A DNA stretch of 64,000 bases from Marsupella aquatica (lineage: Eukaryota; Plantae; Marchantiophyta). A program made the position numbers and the translations under genes. The notes under the pieces are model-generated. The model made no database searches, was not told where the DNA came from, and saw only the letters and a program-made list of their open reading frames with translations. The stretch is from positions 5,281,203 to 5,345,202 of the forward strand of contig OZ316896.1 in NCBI GenBank assembly GCA_973895155.1, in the 5' to 3' direction. Positions 26,905 to 37,878 of this stretch are shown here, one piece after another; within the stretch, counting starts at the first letter, position 1, and each line of letters begins with the position of its first letter.

Positions 26905-27250
26905 TGTTATTAATTATTGTAACATTCTGAAAGAGACGAAACGAATTGTACTGACCGCTGCACAGTCAGTTGTGTAGAAGCTCGGCTGATTCAGTCATTT
27001 GAATCGTTTTTGGAGCTCGATCTTTCCTCTAACTGTAATAATTGTTGTAACATTCCAAAAGGGATGAAGACGAATTGTACTGACCGCTGCACTGCGAGTT
27101 GTATAGAAGCTCGACTGACTCAGACTTTTCAAAGGTTTGTTGAGCTCGATCTTTCCTCGAACTGTAATAATTACTGTAACATTCCGAAAGGGACGACGAA
27201 GAATTCAACTGACCGCCGCACAGTCAGTTGTATAGAAACTCGACTGAGTA
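26905..27250. repeat. ~129-bp tandem repeat, ~2.7 diverged copies
   Basis: AACATTC...ACTGACCGC...AGTTGTRTAGAA recurs at 26921, 27049 and 27178. Confidence 0.88.
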
Positions 27251-27599
27251 AAGGGGCGAAGGATTGATGGAATAATTGTAATTGTCAATTGGAAGATGTT
27301 GTGACATCCGAGTACCTATCTTGTGGTTTACGAAGATTTCATGGTGCGAAAGGTTGAACTGAATGCATATCTGGTTTAGCAAGATTTGATGGCGTAGAAG
27401 GTGCAGCAATTCACGACAGTGAGCCGACTCGAAGGAGAATTGAAGATCAAAGAAACACAGGAGATTCAGCAAGGTGATTTTTCATCAGAAGGTGCGGATC
27501 GATATCGGTCGGAGCCCTCACAGCAGCAAGTCACAGTGTAGAACACACAATCTGGCCTGATGTGGCCAGCCCCAGTTGCATTATGGATGAGGCGATGGG

Positions 27600-28362
27600 T
27601 CTGCGGATGATGCTTGCGGCGTCAACTGGCGGTCCTCCTATGATGGGAGTTGTGGGCACCACAAAACAATGCTTTGAGCGCTTCGGAGTACCATCTTGTG
27701 CCATATGACGTGAAGATCACGACCGAGGTGCGATGTGGCACAGAGAGCTTCGAGTGGGACATTCCCACGGACACTAAAGGGTCCATCACAGTGGAAACCT
27801 TTGAAGATGTAAGCATCGACACAGCAAAGAAATTCGTGGAGTATAATCTTACCATGTTCTTGGGGTCGATGGGTTGGCCTACGCCTACAACATTACCGAC
27901 ACCGAGCTTGTGCGAAGGGTGAAGCAGGATGTGAGAGGAGTTTTGCTCATGTATCTGTTGTTCAACCTGTATGGAACTTCAGAATGTGTTCAAGATTCCG
28001 GCAAGGCAGCTGCCTTCAACGGGATTATATCAGATGCAGACTGGGACCACTGTCTCGTGACAGCATTAACAGGGCGCTAACTTTCCTGGCTGCCCGTGGC
28101 CGCAGTAAGTATGGAACCAAGGCCATAGGATCATGCCTCCGTGCGTACTGCAATCTGTCAAAGGAGAGGTATGCCACGAAGGCTGAAAAGCGGAAATACG
28201 ACTTTGTGCACAACTGTATGTACTGGGCAGTCCACCCAGTGAATAGAACATCCTTCCTGTGCCAATTTCTAGGAAGCCACAGATGAAGGTGTTCCACGCA
28301 CATTCAGGGGGTGCCAAACCTGTAGCTTTCGAGTTACCTGAACACATGCAAGTCAGAGCATA
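27600..28362 (+). pseudogene. Frameshifted, apparently intronless coding relic of unknown family (candidate endogenous viral or horizontally acquired sequence)
   Basis: Four overlapping protein-like segments (27650-27922, 27874-28080, 27984-28286, 28283-28363) join into one globular-looking sequence through successive frameshifts. Confidence 0.5.
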
Positions 28363-29914
28363 AATCTTTGTTCAACGGAGATTCTGATCGATCTTCTTCA
28401 ATTTTTGACACGTATCCTTGTGAGAACATAAGGCATTATAAATTATACAGGTGATGACATCAATCCTGCGTACCTGGACTTGTGTGTTGGTTTTGTAACC
28501 TCTCAACGCTTTCGAACTTCGTAATATTAAGCTGATCGAAACAGATGTTGATGCAAATGAGTTGAACTTGATGAGGAAAGGAAAGATGGTCGGCAGCTAT
28601 GGAGGTGTTCACACTGCGAGTATAATGTAGGTTTACAGTTGAGGATTAATGTAGTACAACTGGATCGGCTATGTAGATTCGAGCTGATTATGATGAAAGC
28701 GATATGTAGATGACATCGCTTTCATCAAAATTGATTGAATCTTCAATTTTGATCCATTTTGAAGATACTATCATCTACATAGAAGGTCTGCAAGTAAATC
28801 GTCCTCTACACAGAACTAGCGATGTCAAGAATAAAGCCCAACGAGATCGTAGAACTTCTTGAGCCTCTACAGAAATTTCATTCTCAGTGGCGAATGCTAT
28901 CCTTTGAGAATGAAATGCCCAACTTAGGTGGATCACATGACAGAGTCCTCTACCACTTCTCATGACGTGCACTCTTACAGCAAGTCAGCTAACGAAGAAT
29001 TCATCCCAGCTTATGCTCCAGCCGTTTCAAAAACATAGCGTATATCTATACCAATGCTTGAGATGTTTTCTGAGCCAGAGCTAATCAAAATTTGAGAATG
29101 GACTACGGATTGGTAGGCTTTGGAGACCTCACTGTGCACCAAAATGCCTACTACTTTCAATCCAACATGAATACGGAAAGAAATTACCCAGTTCGTTTCC
29201 TGCAATCATCCGACAAGATTTGATACTGACCATAGCTTGAAGTAATAGAACTTACGGACATAGCAGGGATAAAGCCTCTGTTACCGTTGGAGCTTTCCGC
29301 CGAATCTCTCATCCTCTCCAGAATCCTTTAAGCTTAAGCACGGAGCCTTTCACGAAGAGCAAACACAGAGAATACTTTCGATTATACGATTATCCGATCC
29401 TAAAGCTGTAATCGACAGACTCATGTTACAGTGCCAGCTCTCCGAACAAGGGGTGAACAAACAGAGATCTCGAAGAAAAATCTGATCCGACCATACTGAC
29501 TTCTGAGACCCCCAACTGTGCCTAAATCGCTCTTGTCATCAAACTGCATGAACCTGTCCCCTGTCTTCCCCTGACCTCTGAGAGAGCGAGGTACCACGAC
29601 ATGGCCCAATTCACTCATCAGCACGAACGGTTTTGACCCTTGACTATCGAAATGCGCCGAATTGTTCGAAAGCTACTTGCATCAAACTGTCCCCTGCTCT
29701 AGGGTTTACGGTTTCGAAGAGCGAGTTTCCCAATTCTCTCACCGTCCAGGTCGAATTGAAGTCTGACTACTCAAACGCATGTTGATCGATCACACCTTCA
29801 CGAAGTCGTCCCAATTTTACGGCACTCTGCGAGCCTTTGGAACCATCACTCATCCCGCTCGCGCCCGAAACTTCGAATTTCAAATTCCCGGAAAGACCTC
29901 CAAAATCATTCCCC

Positions 29915-30295
29915 AAACCCTAATCGAAAACCTTCATTCGATGGAAATTTGTGACATTATCACTTTCGTCCAAAGACTCTCTCACTCCGTCGTGCAGATC
30001 ACCCATAAATCCCACGGCTGAAATTCAAACGTCAGATCTAACGGCCACGATTGACGAGGATGAGTTTTCCCGCTCAAGTAGCTGGTGACGCGTGCTAGTT
30101 GCAGCGCCTTGTGGCCGTAGATCTCAGAGATCGAGGACCAGGAAGCGCTGCTGTGTGCTTTCGATTTGAAATTTCAACGCAATTCGACCCTTCTCGTCTT
30201 CTCGATCCTGTGCGTGCTCTCGACGGAAAGACTCAATCTCAGAGTTTGGCTCTCAGAGTTGATCGATCGATTGCCATTGCCATGAGAGTATAAAT
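29915..30295 (+). promoter_or_regulatory. Histone H4 promoter elements
   Basis: Telo-box AAACCCTAAT 29915-24, hexamer ACGTCA 30029-34, nonamer/MSA-like GATCTAACGG 30035-44 with an inverted GATCTACGG copy near 30115-30123, and TATAAAT 30289-95. Confidence 0.55.
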
Positions 30296-30459
30296 TATGG
30301 CCTTCGCCTGAGGACGAAACTCAGTGAGCATTCTCTCTTCTCTTCTCTAGTGCGAAGAATCCCTTTCGCAATTGGAGAAAAGCAGCTCTAGTCACTAAGT
30401 TGAGTATTCTCTGTCGCCTTTCTCGAGCTGAAGAAATTGGAGCTGATTTGCGGAGCTGA

Positions 30460-30813
<354 letters not shown>

Positions 30814-31459
30814 TCATCCTCGTTTGGTATCCTGTATATTGGCGACATCTCCGCTCCTCATCGAGAACCGTTCTGTAGGGGGTTCGAAGTTACCTACTGA
30901 GGTCTTCTCCTGTGGCCTAGATGGATGCTGGATACGAATTGATGTGCGGGCTCTTTTCCACTGAGCGACCTCGGACTTCCCCTTTGTTTGTTTCAACGCA
31001 TGTTGAAACTTCGAATCTAGTCCAGGCTAGGGGTTGAATAGCACGTAGCTTCATACTCAGTACCTGACTCTTCAACTAGGATGTCTGGAAAGACCGTGAA
31101 GTGGATCTCATGATCCTGATGTACATATCACATTTTTGAAATTGAATGTCGATTTTCGGAACTCCCATTCCCAGCTTTTTGCTTCTACTCAGTCGCTAGT
31201 TGTTGATTCCTAGTCCATTCCCAGTCTGCTACACATTTGCTCTGCGAATGGATTCCGACTGTAATCCGATTATATGAATTGCGACATTGGAAAACGTGTC
31301 TCAGTCATCGGTCGCGCATGCAATTAAGATGTCACATCTTTTCACATCTGGTATCTTATTAAGAATTACCAGATGGTAGTAATTAGAGTCAATCGATTTG
31401 AGCATTCTACAATCACTGGGATGGACTATTACACGTTCGGGACTAACTTGTCAGTGCAG

Positions 31460-34400
31460 GATGACTGTCCTACAATGGCGCCAATAAGCCAAGTTCCCAC
31501 ATGTATTCGGATACTGCTGTGCAGCAAAGAGGCAGATGCTTTGGTAGCTGCTGGTTTCCAGAAGGTTGATGCCATGGAATCGATAGGCCCTGGTTCCTGC
31601 TTTGCCTAAACCAGTTCTTCTGCATGGTCTTGATTCTTATCGAGTAGGCGTTAGGCCTCTGTAGACGCAGTGGAGACCTTTACTTCCTTGCAGAAGTAGT
31701 CTAGTAGGGCGAATACTGAATAAACAGGAGATGTCCTGCAATTTGCACGTTACTGGTATGACTTGGTCGTTCTATAACCAGTTGAATTCAGGGATTTGTC
31801 ATCTTGCAACCTCTTTTAACCGGTCTGTGCATGCCCATACCCTTCTGGGTAGTTAGGTTAGAAATTGAGACCAATTTGAATAGTAGCTACAATGTGTATT
31901 CATGAACAATTTCTGTTACGCCGGACCTGAGGAGTTGAGCTGTTGCACTTCCGGCAGAGACGAACAAAAACATTCTTTTCTCATCTGGTACCGCAGATAA
32001 TGCTGAAGTGGCAACAAGATTCACAATATTAGATCAGGTATGTGAGTGTGTAATTAGTGAAGGCAAAACGATATTCTGATCTCACTGTCAATCTTTCTGT
32101 GGGGGCAGTCTCAGCATTCTGCCGAGTTTGGTTTTACTTTGCTGTTCTGCAGGGGAGATTAACGCTAATTTCGGGGGGCATCTTTTTCCAATCAGATGTG
32201 TTGTTGACGGTTGGGGCCATAATCATTTGAGATTTGAGATGTATTTGCATTGCCTGCTAATCTTGGGTAGATGGGGGTCCCTTGTGGATATATGCAACGC
32301 TGCTCAATGGTAGTACCATGGCTGTGTATAATGGTTCTCCCCTTGGTCGTGGATTTGCGAAGTTTGTGCAGGTTCTCCTCTGACAAATATAGTTTTTAAC
32401 CTGTTGTCCCAGCTACCAGCAAGCGAGAAAACACTCTAATATGAGGGCAAACTCTAGAAGGAATTGTTGAAGAAATTTGAAATATAGGACAAAATTCTGC
32501 TTCTCTAAAAGGGAGGCCTGACATAACATTGGACATGTTTCAGGATGTAGGGGTTACAACACTGGCAACAGTCCGAAGCCTTGTGATGACTAGGAATTTA
32601 CCAATTGTTCGCACATCCTTGATTGGTCGAAGATTCGGTATGTGACGAGGAATAAGCGAATATCTGGGATATCTGGATACTTTCGCTGCATTACATTGCA
32701 TTTCCGCTCCTGGTTATCATGAAAATAATAGCATTCAGAAATGGTTCAAGTATATCAGTATTTCAAATGTATTGGTTTCTTGCTATCATCTTGTTTCAAA
32801 AATGGCCTGCGGAGTGGCGGAATGTAGTGCTCAATAAGGAATTCAGGATCAAAACAGCAATATTCTCATAACATAAAACAATCAGGCAACCTTCGGTAAT
32901 GCATCTCCCTTCATGTGCTCCCGTAAAAGTCCCTTTATGGGGAGGGGAAGTATGGGCCCAAGGAATGAATAGGGCTCGGAAGCTGACCTAGCTACATGGG
33001 GCTCAAGGATCGGATTTTGTATCCCGCTTGACGTTGCATATAATTGGATGGCAGGGTTAGTGATAGAGTTTGACCAATGGACTTTGACGCCGTTGTAAAC
33101 TACCTTTTTACCAACCTAATCTGATTTGTGTCCCAAGATACATAATGAACCCTTCATTCCTACTATATGTTCGGTTTTTTCGTATGGATGCAAGCACTTA
33201 CAATGCATTTTCTTCCGTGCCGAAGTGTCGAGTGTAGATGATGATTTGTGGCTATTTGTGACACCTGTGTTGAATGCTGTGAAGGAACGGAGCTTGCATC
33301 AGCTTAGGTTGGCAGTTCTTTTGTACCGACCTTGCATAGGCTTGTGGCTGTACCTGCATGATACTTAATATGCATAGGGCTTAGAGATATTTGATGTGGA
33401 ATCGAGAAATATCTGTAAGCCCTATGATTGACTAACTTTAATGGGCATATCACCTTTAGATGGTATGGACCTTTTGCTTAATACACAGAGGTACTTGCCG
33501 TTCTGAAACTGTATGAACTCTATGAGACTTTGTGTTCAAAGAGTTCATTTTTGCAATAATGCATCCAACGGGTGATTTAATCTCCATGCTGCAGCCACAG
33601 GATCAACCATGTGTTGGTGAAGTTGGGTAGGTCGCTGTCAACTTTGGTACCTCAAGCCGCCTACTGAATGCAGATCATGAGAAAGTTTACTTCACTGGAA
33701 TGCCTAGATACAAACGAAAGGTAATCTTGCTGGAACCTTCTCACTGAAGTTACACCGCGTTTTCTAGCTCATTATCCTGTATCTTTCAAGTTCCTTTAGC
33801 CAGTAGCAAGTTTTGTCATAGCTCATATCTGACCATATTTTTTCATAGATTCACTGATTGCCACTGAATTTTTTAGATGTGAGAGACTTTAGCAATTCGG
33901 TTGCACGAGTTGCAATAAACGAGTAATGGAATCTTGTAGTTGCTCCTAAATTTCTGCTCCTAGTTTTTTGGAGAAAATGGACCGAGTTTTCAGTCCTCTA
34001 GTCCCTCACAACGAGAGCCTGAACTCGTGCCTGCTTTTCTGGCCTTTATTCTCTGATATCGTTTATTGCAGTCGGAAGACTTGTTAAAAGTCCCTATTGG
34101 TGTTGTCACTAACTTTCCGACTTGTTAAAAGTCCCTATTGGTGTTGTCACTACACCCTTCCCCCCTCCGGGTACCGGGGTAGCCGTGGCTTATAAGAAGT
34201 GTAGAGCATGGGCAATTTGTCGTTGGGAGTTTGTAAAGTCTCTCATTTTTTAGGCTTGTTGACATGGCTTATAAGAAGTGTAGAGCATGGGCAATTTGTC
34301 GTTGGGAGTTTGTAAAGTCTCTCATTTTTTAGGCTTGTTGACATGACGTAAATGGACCCTGCTATATACAACCCATGCTTATTTTCATTTTCCTTCTGGT

Positions 34401-35640
34401 CCAATCACTTCTTTTGATCACTGGCTTGTATGACGAGGGAAGGGTATGGCGCTTGCAGATATTGAGGTATGGTGACCTATTTGAATGGACCCCAGGAGAC
34501 TACCCTCGAGCCCATGGTCGATCGCACAACACTATGAATCTACGTGGAATCAAGGTTTCTGGTGTTTCTTCTTCTTGTTCTTCTTCTTTCTTCTTCTTCT
34601 TGGCCAATTGACACATTCCCATGTTACATTCTTTAGTTGCACCTACTAGGATGTCAACCAGACGGCTTATCCTGGATCTCTTACTTTAGTGTTGTTAAAA
34701 AGATTGAGCCTCTTCATTGAACTAGTACAGACAATAGTTTATCTGAACTGTGAAGAATCAAGTGCAATTGCAAACCTTGAACGCTCAAACGGCATGAAAG
34801 AAAGCTTGATTGCTGACTACTTCCGGACCTTCCTGATGGAATCCCTGAAATTCATGCCCAAGTATTTTTCCTTGATACTTTCTATCTGACTTCTGTTGCA
34901 GGCAAGTGCTGTAGAGGTTGCAGGCAAGTGCTGTACTGGAAACTGCTGCTTTAGCCATATCGCCACCAGGTGGTCCAGAGCAACTCGTTATCATGGTTGT
35001 TTTGAAAGACAGGTCAGTGCCGACAATTGACACATGCAAAAGTGCATTTTCCTTAGCTGCTCAGAAATATCTCAATCGCCAGTTCAAGGTAAGTCTACCG
35101 TAAGGAAATGAATATAGCTTATAACGCAATGGCAGGGTAGGGTCAGTGTCAGCTGGAGATGGCCGCACCACCTCATGGTAGCTTGCAACACAAGAAACCA
35201 GTAGTCAATAGAGCACTTATGCTCTTCTTTGAAATGAGATGTGAGGAAGGTATCTTCCACATTGCTGGAACCCTCGAAGGAAACTTATTTCATGGGTGGG
35301 GCCAAAGGTTTAGTAACTTGATCAATGGACTTGATTTCTTACAAAAGTTGCTGCTCTCTGTCTGCCTGTACAAGTGAGGAGTGGAGATTGTTCTAGAGTT
35401 AAGGCGCACAGCTTCTGCAAAGAGTTTTGAGGGCTCAACTCAAGCAAAAGGCGAGCTCGAAATTGTAGTCTCTCACAGACCCAAAAGCATGGAAAAAATG
35501 ATTGTAGTTGTCATGTCAATGCATTGGTTAACTATCCTGTGGTTGGAGATTGAAAGTATCACTTAATTATTAGAGCATTGCTGTACAAATATTTTTAGCT
35601 TCCATTGCCATATATCAGTCAGACTCCTTGTGAGATGCAC
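31460..35640 (+). pseudogene. Unprocessed, inverted duplicate of the AAE gene (exon 4 to 3' UTR)
   Basis: Exons and introns match the reverse complement of ~50090-55010. Exon 4 remnant ~31525-31590, exon 7 ~31925-31997, exon 8 ~32152-32371, exon 9 ~32545-32637, exon 10 ~33200-33415, exon 11 ~33595-33720, exon 12 ~34459-34553, exon 13 ~34902-35088, exon 14 ~35374-35468 (still ends SKL*). Carries stops, frameshifts and large deletions. Confidence 0.93.
34078..34343. repeat. Two adjacent tandem duplications (~33 bp x2 and ~79 bp x2) in pseudogene intron 11
   Basis: GACTTGTTAAAAGTCCCTATTGGTGTTGTCACT occurs twice, and TGGCTTATAAGAAG...GCTTGTTGACA occurs twice. Confidence 0.88.
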
Positions 35641-35776
35641 CTATTGCAGACATATATCATGTGGATTGTCAAATTTAAAGAGCTAAGCATTGACGAATTT
35701 GCGGTGCATATTGCATAGCTTTGGTTTGCTATCCTCACTCTTAACTTTGTGATAATAAATGCAGCGAATAGGTTAT

Positions 35777-36200
35777 TTAGTGATAATCTACTGCAAATCC
35801 AAAGACATCTTGAGTTCCACAGTCCAAAAGGGAGTGGAATGCATCTGGTACAAAGCCTTCCTGTCTCATATCCAGAAGCAGTCGATATGCTTCCACACCT
35901 CCACCACTCTCAGCAAATGCTCTAGTCATAACGTTCCCTGAGATGAAATTTTGGTCATCGCGCCTAGCATATCCTGCACGTTCCAAGTAACAACACTCTT
36001 TGTCTAAAGTTTATCAAAAACTCGCCGTGATGCAGTGATGAACCTGCTTGGCCGCTAAAAGGTCCTTCTATTTCGAGCGCATCTGCAGAACTTTAACATA
36101 CGTGTCCGGGTTTGTAGGAATTGCCTCGTTGTAGACTATACTGCAAAACAGAAATTGCTTGACTCGTAGTACCAGCGCTATGCATGCACTCAAAACAGAA
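35777..36200 (-). pseudogene. PLS-class pentatricopeptide repeat gene relic (RNA-editing-factor type)
   Basis: Minus-strand fragments in shifting frames: QAISVLQYSLQRG / IPTNPDTYVKVLQMRSK*KDLLAAKQVHHCI / RRVFDKL*TKSVVTWN / AGYAR / ISGNVMTRAFAESGGGVEAYRLLLDMRQEGFVPDAF. These resemble L, S and P PPR motifs of bryophyte PLS proteins. Confidence 0.8.
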
Positions 36201-36912
36201 AGGCCATTTAGCTTGTGCAGTGTCTAAACCCTAAACTCTGCAATCTGCCTTGAGCAATCAAATTGAGCCCTGCCTTCATCCCTCCTGGAGTTGATCGGCA
36301 ATCTATCCAAAGTGCTTTCCTGAGCAGTTGTGTTGAATTCTCAGTCACCCCTTCATCCCCTCTTCCTCTCTGGCAGGTTCCACTTCTCGAATCTCCAGCA
36401 CATTGTTCGCTGTTATACTATCACTCGCTTTCAAGTCACCTACTCATTCTGAGTTCCACTTTCAAGCGGTCAGTGTTCTGTTGACATAATTCAATCGCAC
36501 CAACGACCTTACGTGAAGGATTCCGGTTCTGCTCGATCATTTTTGCAGCTTCCCTCACTTGGCAGCGCCTACGCGAGTTTGACGGGATTGTGCCTCCCGC
36601 TGTGCTATACTGCAGCTTGGAAACGATGGAAAACTTCAACTTCCAGTCTATCTGGGCTCTACTGCTCAAGCTTCTCGCTTGTATAGCAGCTCAAAAGCCT
36701 TCGTTCGAATGCGTTGGGCACTCCTTCTACCACGCCAGACGTCTGCGGTCCCAACCTCCCAGCAAGTCGGTCCTCTTAAACGCTGCCAAAGCTTCTGCCG
36801 AGTCCTCGGATGACAACCTCTAAGCGGAGCTCCGACTCTCCCAGCAACGCTTGTGCCTCAAGAGATGTGAAAAGACTCTCTATTGAGTACACGCTGAGAA
36901 CACCATCGCCTT

Positions 36913-37210
36913 AAACCCACTTCCAGAGCTGCATTCATCTTTCGCATTTCCACGTCCAATGTCTAATCTCTTCATAAATGCTAGACCATTGCGTCTCCCA
37001 CGCCAAGATCCTTGATCACTTCTACTGAGAATGGCTTTGGGTCTTGAAACCCACTTCCAGCTCTGCTTCCATCTTTCGCATTTCCACGCACAATGTCTAT
37101 GCTCTTCATAAATGCTAGACCATTGCGTCTCCCACGCCATGATCCTTGATCACTTCTACTGAGAACGCCTTTGGGTCTTGAACCCACTTCCAGCTCTGCT
37201 TCCATCTTTG
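36913..37210. repeat. 134-bp tandem repeat, ~2.2 copies
   Basis: AACCCACTTCCAG recurs at ~36914, 37048 and 37181, with the intervening sequence conserved. Confidence 0.88.
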
Positions 37211-37378
37211 GCATCCACCACTGCCACTGGACGCCAAGTGGTTGCAGCCATGTTGTATGTTGTCGTTGGAGCAATGTTATCGTTGTGGTGGTGTCATCAT
37301 TGATGTGGTTTGGTTGTGGAAGACAATTGTCATTTAAATCATTGTTGTGGTTCTTGTAGTCAATTCTCATTTGGGGCC

Positions 37379-37878
37379 GACAAGTTGTCATTGCGGCCAT
37401 GTTGTTTGTGCAGACGTGCTGTTAATTTGGCCGGGTCGTGGCTTTGTTGTGGACAGGTTGTCATTTCGGCCATGTTGTTTGTGCAGAGGTGTTGTTAATT
37501 TGGCTGGGTGGTCACTTTGTAAGAAACCGTCGGCTTTGGATGAGAGCACTCCATCTCACACCGGGTCTCACACTACACTAACAAAACATCACGATGGAGA
37601 AACTCATGAAAGATCTATAGTTCATGAGAAACTACATGTGAAAAATGAAAGAGAGAATGTTCTCACTCCAACCTAGAAACCCCAAGGGAGCCAAGATGTG
37701 TGAGCCTAAACTAAACATATTTTATCCTAATGTAATCCAGGGTTAACTAACCCTAATAAGGTCAAACTAACTAAAGTCAGGAACTCAAGTCAATTCCTAA
37801 CACGCTTTGTTGTGGACAGGTTATCATTGCGGCCATGTTGTTTGTGCAGGAGGAGTTGGATGGTCGCTTTGTTGTGGT
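37379..37878. repeat. ~74-bp GT-rich tandem repeat interrupted by a solo LTR
   Basis: GACARGTTRTCATTKCGGCCATGTTGTTTGTGCAG occurs three times. Confidence 0.75.
37518..37802. mobile_element. Solo LTR (285 bp)
   Basis: TGTAAG...CTAACA termini and a near-perfect 5-bp TSD (CACTT/CGCTT). It splits the host repeat cleanly. Confidence 0.75.

Noticed and set aside
26905-27250. Repeat array considered as CRISPR-like
   Set aside because: Whole units repeat with no unique spacers, the context is eukaryotic, and there are no cas genes.
28690-28800. Box C motif ATGATGA as a C/D snoRNA, or the hairpin as a Helitron 3' end
   Set aside because: No box D CTGA at a suitable distance and no CTRR terminus after the hairpin.
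30875-31010. Short hairpins in the H4 3' UTR as a histone stem-loop
   Set aside because: They do not match the conserved 16-nt stem-loop, and land-plant histone mRNAs are polyadenylated.
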